Source: a virus
Lineage: Duplodnaviria > Caudoviricetes
Length of the DNA: 64,000 nt
IMG/VR virus record: IMGVR_UViG_3300038412_000083
Location: 1 to 64,000 of that record
Reading direction: 5' to 3' (one strand)
The notes beneath the pieces were generated by a model. That model made no database searches, was not told the origin of the DNA, and saw nothing but the letters and a program-made list of their open reading frames with translations. Made by a program: the position numbers and the translations under genes. Below, piece after piece: positions 8,734 through 17,480 of the stretch (position 1 is its first letter; each line of letters starts with the position of its first letter).

Positions 8734-8896
8734 TAATTTAGTTTTAAATGTTTTTCTGTTATTGAGATGACAAATACCGGCGTTACGAGCATCTCAAACC
8801 ATAGCAGCGCCTTATAATCTTCCTGAGAGTAAAATGATATTTCAAATTGCTTTTTTATAATTTTTTCACCAAAGCAATATCGTATCACGTATTCTT

Positions 8897-9361
8897 TCAT
8901 AGATTGACAAAAGTTGTCCCAGGAATAAAGTCTTTGTTGTTATGCTTTGCTAAAAGATCCCTCCAATCATACCCAAATGTTTTTTGCAGGTGTGGATTAT
9001 CTTTTATGTGCCGCCAATCGCCGCCCCATTCAAAACCATGTTTCTTAAAGATGTTTACAACGGTCATCCAGTTTTCGTTTACGTCCCATCTTGAATGTCC
9101 GTTTTCCTGAATGACAAAATCAATCGCTAAACCGTAATTATGAAATGATGAACCGCCGGGCGCATTGGTAACTATTTGGCCGGGCTTTGTTCTGCCCTGT
9201 TGGTATAAATCATCGCTCTCCTGAAACGATCTAAGCCCTTCTGTTATGAATGGATGAATGCCTTCAGGAGTTGCTTTAACTGCCTCCATGTAAGCGGCAA
9301 GGGCATCATCTACTAATTTTGGGTGAAGTCCTTTAATTCTTTCGATTGATGTTGTTTCCAT
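8897..9361 (-). CDS. Endolysin, M15-family L-Ala-D-Glu peptidase
   Basis: RSFQESDDLYQQGRT, SFHNYGLAID and DNPHLQ motifs. Confidence 0.9.
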   Translation of the reverse strand: METTSIERIKGLHPKLVDDALAAYMEAVKATPEGIHPFITEGLRSFQESDDLYQQGRTKPGQIVTNAPGGSSFHNYGLAIDFVIQENGHSRWDVNENWMTVVNIFKKHGFEWGGDWRHIKDNPHLQKTFGYDWRDLLAKHNNKDFIPGTTFVNL

Positions 9362-9461
9362 TGATTTTAATTTTGCACCCTTTCGGGTATGATCAATAAA
9401 TGAATTGCCTTATTCGTACCTTATCGGGTGTAGCTTAATTAATAATGAATCAGTTTATACC

Positions 9462-9740
9462 TTATCGGGTGTCGTATTCGTAAATCAAAATTTCCTTTAT
9501 TAAATTTCTCCATACTTTTATCGTTTTCCCGGCTCCATGAAACTCTTTCCATTCGCCGTACATTTGGTAATTATCGGGATGAAGTTTTTTGATATTTTCT
9601 TTTTCCTGATCTAATAATTTTCCGGCCTCCAAAATTGCAATGTTTTTATCTGTATAAATAGGATTTATAATATTCCCTCCTTCGTAAATACTACCTACAA
9701 AAACACCATAGACCTTATTGTCTTTTATTTCTACTGTCAT
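9462..9740 (-). CDS. Hypothetical protein
   Basis: Likely start MTVEIKDNK at 9740 (ATGA overlap with the upstream stop). Confidence 0.6.
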   Translation of the reverse strand: MTVEIKDNKVYGVFVGSIYEGGNIINPIYTDKNIAILEAGKLLDQEKENIKKLHPDNYQMYGEWKEFHGAGKTIKVWRNLIKEILIYEYDTR

Positions 9741-10300
9741 GGTTTTTGCGTTAAAGTATCCATTGACATCAACCCTACTGATTGTAAAATAAAATGCGTT
9801 CCTATCGCTGCCAGTGACAGCCACTCGCCAACTAACAGCGTTACAAATCCTAAATAGTGAAGTGCTATTGCGGTAACCACAAGTATTGAAAGTATTATGC
9901 TTACCACCCTGTCCTTTTTCTTATGGAAGAAAGCCATTACCGCTGCATTCCCGATAAAAAATATTCCGGCAAAAGTGTAATGAATAGCAGCGTATTGAAG
10001 GTGCGGGAAAAGAATAACTCCCAACAAACTAACCCCTAAAACGATATTGTACCACTTCCCATGCTTGTTAAGGCCGTAACGATCTTGTTCTCTGTAATAC
10101 ACAGAGGCATTAAAAATAAAGAGCATTGCAGCCATACAGAGCAGCATCCCAAAGATGTAACTATGCACCATGTAAACGTAATTACTTATGCTTGAACGAA
10201 ATAGATTAGCGTTATCAGCAAGTCGTAAAAATACAGGGATAAATAGGCATATCCCGGCAATTACTCCCTGTAAAATGCTAAATGTTTTGCGTCCGTTCAT
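9737..10300 (-). CDS. Multi-pass membrane protein (DUF998-like)
   Basis: Start MNGRKTF at 10300; about 6 hydrophobic helices; RSSISNY and HYTFAGIFF motifs. Confidence 0.65.
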   Translation of the reverse strand: MNGRKTFSILQGVIAGICLFIPVFLRLADNANLFRSSISNYVYMVHSYIFGMLLCMAAMLFIFNASVYYREQDRYGLNKHGKWYNIVLGVSLLGVILFPHLQYAAIHYTFAGIFFIGNAAVMAFFHKKKDRVVSIILSILVVTAIALHYLGFVTLLVGEWLSLAAIGTHFILQSVGLMSMDTLTQKP

Positions 10301-10307
10301 TGTTAAA

Positions 10308-10667
10308 TTATGGTGCTTGTGTTGGGGCCTGTAATTGTAATAGTTGATTTGTAAGCAACGATTCAAAAAGAGTAATGATACTATTTACAAAAGATTGAAG
10401 ATCTGATGCAAGCTGTTGTTCAACGGAAATAAAAGCGGCTTCTGCAATTTTGCCTTCGGCTGCTAATTTTAATTTCACTTCCTGCCAACTCATTGGATCT
10501 GTCGGGGCCAGTGCAGCCATTCCTATAGCTGTTAATGATGATTTTGCGTCTGCTAAATATCCGGCTCCTGTAGTTAATAATTGTTTTGAATCCGTACCAA
10601 TAGCGGTAACGACCTCACCCGCGAAAGTGGTGTAAATGTTGCTTATAATTGTTTTTATGTCTGACAT
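10308..10667 (-). CDS. Hypothetical lysis-module protein
   Basis: 119 aa, amphipathic; lies between a lipoprotein and the endolysin. Confidence 0.65.
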   Translation of the reverse strand: MSDIKTIISNIYTTFAGEVVTAIGTDSKQLLTTGAGYLADAKSSLTAIGMAALAPTDPMSWQEVKLKLAAEGKIAEAAFISVEQQLASDLQSFVNSIITLFESLLTNQLLQLQAPTQAP

Positions 10668-10685
10668 AATTTTATTTTTTTTAGG

Positions 10686-11111
10686 TTATTTATAAGTTTT
10701 TTCTGTAGTGACAAGTATGTGCCCGATTTGTCTTAATAAGGCTCCATTGACGCTAATATGATTGGTTGAAATATTGCCGTCTTTTTTATGATCCTGCCTT
10801 GCTGATTCGACAATATCCAAATATGTTTTATCAATGGTTAAAATTTGAGTAGGATATTTTCTTGTTGAATCAATGCTTATTTTAGTATTGATAATCGCTT
10901 CTGCATCATCATAAATTGTACTGTTAGCATCGTAACTTAAATTGGCGCCATTGGTAAAGCCTGTATAAAGCGCATTCATTGTACTATCAACAGACACGGC
11001 TGCCTGATAAGTAGCTGAATTGTAGTGTGGCGCGGATAGTTTTTTAAAAAGGCTGCAGCTCGTAAAAGCAAAAGCAATCACAAGTAAGAAGGAAAATTTT
11101 AATGGTTTCAT
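10686..11111 (-). CDS. Lipoprotein (possible spanin component)
   Basis: Lipobox LVIAFAFTS-C. Confidence 0.7.
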   Translation of the reverse strand: MKPLKFSFLLVIAFAFTSCSLFKKLSAPHYNSATYQAAVSVDSTMNALYTGFTNGANLSYDANSTIYDDAEAIINTKISIDSTRKYPTQILTIDKTYLDIVESARQDHKKDGNISTNHISVNGALLRQIGHILVTTEKTYK

Positions 11112-11198
11112 TGGTTTAATTTTTAATGAATAATAAATAATAAGCTATCTCGAATATTACGAGCAGCCAAAAAGCTATTTTATAAAAGTCTATTTGCA

Positions 11199-11510
11199 TT
11201 ATGAGTTTGCTTTTGTAAAGGGTAGCAAAGGTTTAATATCGCCATTCGGGTTTACCGAAATAGCACTATCATTTTTTACAGGTAATTTGGCAACAAAGAA
11301 TCCAATAACTCCGGCCCACATTGCCGCCTTATTTGAAAAGGTAAAAATCCATGCAGGAAAAGTAATTGGTAATTGCGCCTGATAACTTGCTAATAATTGT
11401 GGTAAGCCAGTAACGAAAGCCACCGCTGCGGATAACCATTGAATGATCTGAAAAAATGAAGGTGAAGGCAATTTTAATCGTGCCCAAACTTCCTGAAAGA
11501 ACTTTTTCAT
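11199..11510 (-). CDS. Putative holin
   Basis: Two TM segments; WARLKLPSPSFFQII motif typical of Bacteroidetes phage holins; upstream of the endolysin. Confidence 0.65.
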   Translation of the reverse strand: MKKFFQEVWARLKLPSPSFFQIIQWLSAAVAFVTGLPQLLASYQAQLPITFPAWIFTFSNKAAMWAGVIGFFVAKLPVKNDSAISVNPNGDIKPLLPFTKANS

Positions 11511-11716
11511 AATTTATTTTTTTTGTTTCTTTGATGTTCGTGAAATTTTTCTACTATCTTAATGATATAGATAGAGGATGCTAATAAAGCACAAAAAATA
11601 GTCGCCAATGTAGCAACATAAGTGGCAAGCGTTTGCGAGTGCATAATCTGCAAAAAAATTGTCCCGAAAAAAGAAACACCTGCACCTGCGTTAGCTGTTT
11701 GTAAATCGTCTGTCAT
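11507..11716 (-). CDS. Small membrane protein (holin/antiholin-like)
   Basis: Hydrophobic core and basic C-terminus. Confidence 0.55.
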   Translation of the reverse strand: MTDDLQTANAGAGVSFFGTIFLQIMHSQTLATYVATLATIFCALLASSIYIIKIVEKFHEHQRNKKNKL

Positions 11717-11722
11717 TTCATT

Positions 11723-11818
11723 TTAAAATTTTACATTGAACATTTCATAAAAAATCATTGTCATTACAGCTAATATTATTAGCCATCCTACTACCGTAAT
11801 TATTGTTTCTTCTTTCAT
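11723..11818 (-). CDS. 31-aa single-TM peptide
   Basis: Manual: MKEETIITVVGWLIILAVMTMIFYEMFNVKF; ATGA overlap with the upstream stop. Confidence 0.45.
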   Translation of the reverse strand: MKEETIITVVGWLIILAVMTMIFYEMFNVKF

Positions 11819-11961
11819 TTTACAATTATTGAATCTGATCTATTCCCATCTTTGTCTACTGCTACTATTTTATAAATCTTTTTTACAGGCGGATTAACAA
11901 CTGGTTTGCTCACTGTACACCCACAAACGAAAAATAGTACTATGATTGCAAGTTTTTTCAT
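11815..11961 (-). CDS. 48-aa lipoprotein
   Basis: Manual: MKKLAIIVLFFVCGCTVSKPVVNPPVKKIYKIVAVDKDGNRSDSIIVK; lipobox; below the ORF-track cutoff. Confidence 0.6.
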   Translation of the reverse strand: MKKLAIIVLFFVCGCTVSKPVVNPPVKKIYKIVAVDKDGNRSDSIIVK

Positions 11962-12266
11962 TGGTTAGACAAATGAAAATTATTCGTGGTGTCAAAAACA
12001 GGATTTAAAACATTTTTATCGTATCCGGAAGAAGAATCAATAACGAATGGTGTATAAATTCCACCATGATAAATCGGCGAAATACTACCTTTCCAAATAA
12101 AACCTTCATCTTTTTTTACTTCTTCCAAAGTGGTTACTACCTTATAAACCTTTTCACCAATTTTGATGAACTTCACTTTTCCTATAGGAATAGTAAGAGT
12201 GTCACTTTTTTGCGCTGTGGCTGAAAGTGAAAAAAGAACGATTGCGATTGTTAATAGTTTTTTCAT
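11958..12266 (-). CDS. Exported protein
   Basis: Signal peptide MKKLLTIAIVLFSLSATA-Q. Confidence 0.75.
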   Translation of the reverse strand: MKKLLTIAIVLFSLSATAQKSDTLTIPIGKVKFIKIGEKVYKVVTTLEEVKKDEGFIWKGSISPIYHGGIYTPFVIDSSSGYDKNVLNPVFDTTNNFHLSNQ

Positions 12267-12694
12267 AATTTAATTTTATAAGTTTGATTCCCCGTTGCTT
12301 TTACCCTATTAATTTCTGAAAAATGAATCCCGTCGGTACTTTCGATGATAGAATAGTAATCCAAATTATCTTCATTTTCACTTGTCCAGTTAAGCACTCC
12401 ATTTTGTATAAAAACATTGATCATTTTTACAGGTGTCACCGAAGTAACAAGGATTGTTTTGCTCACCACATTATCTGCTTTTACTCTGAAATAGCCTCCT
12501 GAAATATTTGGAGCTTTGTAAACAAAAGCTGTGTCAGTTATTTTTCCTCTTACAGTTCCTATTGTTATCCAATTAATACCGTCATAGCTTTGTTGGAATT
12601 GGTATAAAGTGTGATTGTAGCTGTTCCAATAAGCTGAATCCTGAGCACTTACCTTTAAAGAGAAAAGAATTAATATGGTAAGTAAAATCTTCAC
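12263..12694 (-). CDS. Exported protein with Ig/FN3-like domains resembling those of T9SS cargo
   Basis: Signal peptide ...SLKVSA-Q; VTPVKM...LNWTSENEDNLDYYSIIESTDGIHFSEINRV. Confidence 0.75.
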   Translation of the reverse strand: MKILLTILILFSLKVSAQDSAYWNSYNHTLYQFQQSYDGINWITIGTVRGKITDTAFVYKAPNISGGYFRVKADNVVSKTILVTSVTPVKMINVFIQNGVLNWTSENEDNLDYYSIIESTDGIHFSEINRVKATGNQTYKIKL

Positions 12695-13842
12695 TGAAAA
12701 ATAATATTGTTATGGATGATACGAACATTAGAAAAGGGAGGTGAACTAACATTTACCGTTACTTCTCCGTAAACCGTTTGTCCATCATCCTGTGTAAGTG
12801 TATTTCTAAAAACATAAATTCCTGTCGTTAATCCTGTTACTGTGGTACTTGCAGAAGTTGATGAAGTTATTGTTGCAGCAGGCCCGCTTGTTTTCGTCCA
12901 CGCATAAGTACCTGAATGACCGGCGGCCCATATAGCTGTTGAATAAATACTTGTTGAACTTGTACTGATAGCCTGATTGCCCGACATTGAAACAGTAGGG
13001 GCATCCGCTATATCTGAAACGTCTTGATAAACTTTATAGCTTTGGGTTACCAAAGAAAATCTTCTACCCCTTGTTGTACTATCTACATTAACCATTGCAC
13101 TATTCCAATCATACAACCCTCCGAACTTCACATAATCGTCAAAGTGCCCTACTTGTCCTGTATCACGCCTATATTTTGTAACCCCATCAACTTGCAAATG
13201 AAAGAATGCTGTTTGGCCTGTATAGCCTTTACCTTCTCTGAGTGTTACCCTTACTGTATGTGGTATATTATACCAACCAGATAAAGTTCCAATTGTGGTA
13301 TTAGCCGTAACAAGTGTTCCACCCCCTACATCATGTACATCACCGCTTATTAAATTGCTGCTTGTATCAAGATCAATTCCCCACACTGTTGCAACCTGAG
13401 TAAGACTATGAATCTGCATAGCCACTAAAATTTGATACCAACTTGTTAGATAATTATAATTTTGTGGAAAATAACCTTTCCATTCAAGCGTGTAAGTATG
13501 GGAAGTATCAATAGTGAAACTATATTGCGAAAGTGTCATTTCTGAACGTGGGTAGCCAGACCCAACAGGTGTACCATCTTTAATTGTACTCCATAATGCA
13601 CCACTTTTGATCTGCTCACCAAAACCTGCATTTCTTCCTACATACCAATTAACGCTTGCAGCATCGTAAAATTCACCATAAGGAGTAGTATTTTCGGCAT
13701 AAAATAAAGTAGTATCTGCACCATTTATTGATGTTAGCGCATTAGCATCTGCCATATTGAAATTATACAACAAAGTGCTGCTCGTAGGCATCTGAGCCTT
13801 TACAATAAGTGGGAAAAGAAATAATATGATTAGTTTTTTCAT
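12691..13842 (-). CDS. Exported polysaccharide-lyase-like (jelly-roll) protein with C-terminal PKD/Ig domain
   Basis: Signal peptide ...PLIVKA-Q; PRSEM and YVKFGGLY lyase-like motifs; YAWTKTSGP...VTGLTTGIYVFR PKD-like domain. Confidence 0.65.
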   Translation of the reverse strand: MKKLIILFLFPLIVKAQMPTSSTLLYNFNMADANALTSINGADTTLFYAENTTPYGEFYDAASVNWYVGRNAGFGEQIKSGALWSTIKDGTPVGSGYPRSEMTLSQYSFTIDTSHTYTLEWKGYFPQNYNYLTSWYQILVAMQIHSLTQVATVWGIDLDTSSNLISGDVHDVGGGTLVTANTTIGTLSGWYNIPHTVRVTLREGKGYTGQTAFFHLQVDGVTKYRRDTGQVGHFDDYVKFGGLYDWNSAMVNVDSTTRGRRFSLVTQSYKVYQDVSDIADAPTVSMSGNQAISTSSTSIYSTAIWAAGHSGTYAWTKTSGPAATITSSTSASTTVTGLTTGIYVFRNTLTQDDGQTVYGEVTVNVSSPPFSNVRIIHNNIIFQ

Positions 13843-16800
13843 TAATTATGGTTTTTCGTTCCTATTAAAGTGACAGATAAATAAGTTGGCTTTGTTGTGA
13901 TTGAAGTCAGTTGACACCACACCCAATTACCAGGCGGTATCTTCGCATTATCAAAACTTGTTACCGTTGTTCCTGTGTAAATATCTGTTGCTGCACTTCC
14001 AGCATTTACCAATTTAGTTGCCCCTGCTGTCACTCCCAAAGAATCATTAAAGTAAATTGTAACTGTCACAGAAGGAGAAGTTCCCTGCAATCCAATCTTC
14101 ATTTTAGTAATATTCAAAGTGTCGGTACCTGAATTGTACATAGAACCATAGATAGCACTTGTGCTCGCTGCAATCGTATCTGCGGCCAGTCCTGAACCGT
14201 AACCGAAGGAAAGGAGTGGGATTGTGTCTCTACGCTCTACAATATTTCCTGTTGAAGTTACTGAGAGATCATAAGCTGGTGTGCTTTGGAAGTTACCTTG
14301 TCCGTATTGATTTAATTGTATTTTGCCGTCATTATTGAACACTACTTTATCGTGAACTACACCGTTAATATCTGAAGTGTCTTTTGTGCCAAAATGGATA
14401 GACGCTCCACTTGAACCTGCTGATATTTTGTCGGCAATAAAAGAGATATTTGCCTCTTCTGATGAAGAACCGGAACTTGTTGGTAATCCAGCTTTTATAG
14501 AATATCCCTGACCTGCTACTGTAGAAGTTGAAAAACCATTTAAGGAAACCATCGGAGAAATAGTGCCGGATATATCTGTCCTTTCAGCATAGAAAGGTGC
14601 TCCAGTAGATGTACTTGAATAAACCCCCAAACCTGTTGTATTTACGGCTTTTATTGCCTGTGTTGCAGTCGAATAATTTGAATAAATACCATTATCTGTG
14701 AAACTTATCTTATTTGTTCCAGCACCCATTATGTACAACTCTTTACTGTTTAATGTCAATGAGTCTGTTTTTGTCAGATTTCCACCTAACTCAACATCAT
14801 TTCCAGTTTTTGTTAAACCATTTGAAGCGGATAAAATACTTAACGCATGAACACTATCCACATATTTTTTATCAGGAACAGTAAGGCTGTCTGCTGTAGT
14901 CATTGTGGGATTGGTGGTGTATTTAGCCTTACCAATTACTGAAATGCCAGAACTGTCAACCTGTAATTCCTTTATTCCTTTAGATATTAATTGTATAGGT
15001 TTAGCACTATATAGCACACTCGCGTAAGCAGATGAACCTGAGTAAAATCCTCCCGCAGTACTACCTTCTTGTCCAAGATAAAATGAACCACCTGCATTAT
15101 TAAACTTATTGTATGTATAGCTGGTTCCTGAATATGTTTGATTAAGAAAGATATTTGAAGATGAGGTTATTGTCCCTGATAAATTAAGTGTTGTTCCCGT
15201 AAGTGTTGTTCCCGTAAGTGTTGTTCCCGTAATTGTTGTTCCCGTAATTGCAGATGTTGAAATTAATGGATTATAAAAATAAATTCCCGCATCATTAATT
15301 TTAGCCCTCATTACTGAATCCGTATAAAAAGTCATATTTCCCCCCCACGTAGTATTCCTACCAACATTAAATTGTAATTCTGCTACATTAGGTTGCATTT
15401 TTATAAAAGATTCCGGTGTTGTATAGTTGTAAAATATAATCCCATATTTATTGCTGTTAGAAGTGGTTGAGAAACTTAATACAGGTGCAGAAGATGTTAG
15501 TTCTAACATACTTTTGGGTGTTCCTGTACCTCCCAGCTTCATAGAATCAGTAGATGAATTACCCTTATCCATCACGCTTTGTAAGCTCGGTATTGATGAT
15601 TTTGAATCATATAAATTCCCCTTATTATTATGCCCAGCAAAAGCCTGAGCAATTATATTCCCCAGAACTATACTTCCATAATAATTTGGGTGCAACCCAT
15701 CTGATGTAAGAGTGGGGATTGTTTGTAAATTAAAGTTTGCAAGAGCGTGTAAGTCAATACACTGTACACCATAATTAGCGCATATTTGAGAAATCAACAC
15801 TTCCAAATCTGTGAGTGTCCACCCGGCTGAATTAGTTGCATGATAAAGCACCCCTGCGCCGTTAGCTTCAGGCGGAGTCATTACATATAATTCAATATTC
15901 GGATTAGCGGATAAAATGGATTCTATCATGTGTTTTAAATACCCTGCGCAAGTCGTTCTATTTGATGAGTCATTTACAGTACCCAAAGAATCGCTCGCTG
16001 CAAAATCATTTACGCCTAATAAAATACTTGCTATATTGAAGGAATTAAAATAGGTTGGATTGGCTGATAAAATTGAATCTAATTTTGCAGATTGTTGATA
16101 AAACCTATTACCAGAAACGCCGTTTGTTACTGTTCCTGTAAGATGAAGCAACGTATCAACCCTTCCGTAATAATGATTGGATGTAGCAGAAAAACTATCC
16201 CCAAATATTACCCATTTCTTCCAATATGGATTCCTGTTTTGATTAAGTGTATCTGTAATATTTGCCTTCAATCCATTTTGATAAAGCGTTGTCCAACCTG
16301 TTGTTGAGTTGGTGGAATCTACTTTACGTAAATACGGACTAAGCATTGATGCTGTGTCTGAGATGTTTAGTTTTGTTATATCGTTTAAGTGACCTTTTTT
16401 TACAGTGTCTTTATCCATCCATACTACACTATTTATGTCAGCATTTGCACTATCTACCTTTTTTAATGTGAAATCGCCATTGGTTTCAAATGCTCCCATT
16501 TCACTGTAAGGGTGTAATCCATATTGTGATCCATAAGGATAAGCTACTGAACCTTTACTAAATACTATTCTGCCTGAATTACTTGAAAATTCCATACCCC
16601 CTGAACCATTGGTACTAATTATTGCACCATCTGTTTTAAGATCATTAGTAGTACTTCCCATCATTAATTTTAACCAATGCCCTGTCCATTCATCTGATGG
16701 ATTATCGGCTACATTATTCTTAAATACAAAGCCTGTTGCTGCCCAATTTAAAGAATCACTATTTTTTTCATACAAATAATTATTTCTATTAAATTCACTT

Positions 16801-17480
16801 GTAATTTTTAAAGCGGTTTGCGTACTATTACTGTTTATGAATATTGGATTAGTAGTAGAGTTACCTGCGTTTGTTACTTTCTGTAAATTTGGTATTGCCC
16901 CAATAGAATCTGCCACAGGTGGCGCAATCTGATTACCATAAACATCTACGATAGTTATTACAATAGAATTTGCAGGCAATGAAGGAACTAAAGCCCTTGC
17001 TGTATCTTCTGTACCTACTAATTTATAAAGCAATCCGCTGGTGTCAGCGTAGATCAAATCACGTCTATAATATCCGCTATCTGCTGAATTAATTATAAAA
17101 GATGAAGGTGTAACTTTCGTGTATATAACTCCGTTATAACTCCATTTTATAGTATCGTTGATCGTTAAGGTAGAATCTACTAAGGTTATACCTCCTGTAG
17201 ACATAAGACCGTTGTTTATGGCACTCGCAGCGTTTATTAATTTTGAAAGAGAATCCCATCTTGAACCCCTCCAAATATAAACTTCATTATTTTTTATTGA
17301 TAGGCCCCTGTCAGTACTTAATAACTGAATAGTATCTTTTGGGAACAACATAGCACTGTCAACTGAGAGTTCTCCATTAAGTTTTACAATGTTGTTCTTA
17401 TTCCCTATTGTTTGCACCGGCTTCTGAGCCATAGCAGCACAACTTAAAATCGTAAAAAGTATGGTTAATATTTTTCTCAT
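13842..17480 (-). CDS. Tail fibre/spike with signal peptide and SGNH (GDSL) esterase domain
   Basis: MRKILTILFTILSCAAMA-Q; SGNH blocks FGDS, GVSG, GVND and DGLHP; repeated IPNLQKVTNAGN/IPSLQSVMDKGN fibre motif; S/T/G/N-rich; follows the structural genes. Confidence 0.8.
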   Translation of the reverse strand: MRKILTILFTILSCAAMAQKPVQTIGNKNNIVKLNGELSVDSAMLFPKDTIQLLSTDRGLSIKNNEVYIWRGSRWDSLSKLINAASAINNGLMSTGGITLVDSTLTINDTIKWSYNGVIYTKVTPSSFIINSADSGYYRRDLIYADTSGLLYKLVGTEDTARALVPSLPANSIVITIVDVYGNQIAPPVADSIGAIPNLQKVTNAGNSTTNPIFINSNSTQTALKITSEFNRNNYLYEKNSDSLNWAATGFVFKNNVADNPSDEWTGHWLKLMMGSTTNDLKTDGAIISTNGSGGMEFSSNSGRIVFSKGSVAYPYGSQYGLHPYSEMGAFETNGDFTLKKVDSANADINSVVWMDKDTVKKGHLNDITKLNISDTASMLSPYLRKVDSTNSTTGWTTLYQNGLKANITDTLNQNRNPYWKKWVIFGDSFSATSNHYYGRVDTLLHLTGTVTNGVSGNRFYQQSAKLDSILSANPTYFNSFNIASILLGVNDFAASDSLGTVNDSSNRTTCAGYLKHMIESILSANPNIELYVMTPPEANGAGVLYHATNSAGWTLTDLEVLISQICANYGVQCIDLHALANFNLQTIPTLTSDGLHPNYYGSIVLGNIIAQAFAGHNNKGNLYDSKSSIPSLQSVMDKGNSSTDSMKLGGTGTPKSMLELTSSAPVLSFSTTSNSNKYGIIFYNYTTPESFIKMQPNVAELQFNVGRNTTWGGNMTFYTDSVMRAKINDAGIYFYNPLISTSAITGTTITGTTLTGTTLTGTTLNLSGTITSSSNIFLNQTYSGTSYTYNKFNNAGGSFYLGQEGSTAGGFYSGSSAYASVLYSAKPIQLISKGIKELQVDSSGISVIGKAKYTTNPTMTTADSLTVPDKKYVDSVHALSILSASNGLTKTGNDVELGGNLTKTDSLTLNSKELYIMGAGTNKISFTDNGIYSNYSTATQAIKAVNTTGLGVYSSTSTGAPFYAERTDISGTISPMVSLNGFSTSTVAGQGYSIKAGLPTSSGSSSEEANISFIADKISAGSSGASIHFGTKDTSDINGVVHDKVVFNNDGKIQLNQYGQGNFQSTPAYDLSVTSTGNIVERRDTIPLLSFGYGSGLAADTIAASTSAIYGSMYNSGTDTLNITKMKIGLQGTSPSVTVTIYFNDSLGVTAGATKLVNAGSAATDIYTGTTVTSFDNAKIPPGNWVWCQLTSITTKPTYLSVTLIGTKNHN
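15185..15248 (-). repeat. 15-bp coding repeat (TGTT[I/L] x4)
   Basis: gtaa(g/t)tgttgttccc tandem inside the fibre gene. Confidence 0.85.

Noticed and set aside
8763-8815. HDV-like/theta ribozyme or riboswitch pseudoknot (GGCG/CGCC, TTGAGATG/CATCTCAA, minus strand), with a shared GCTCGTAA at 11157
   Set aside because: No P3/L3 or catalytic J4/2 could be built, and the 11.15-kb copy folds as a plain hairpin; terminator-like structures are more likely.
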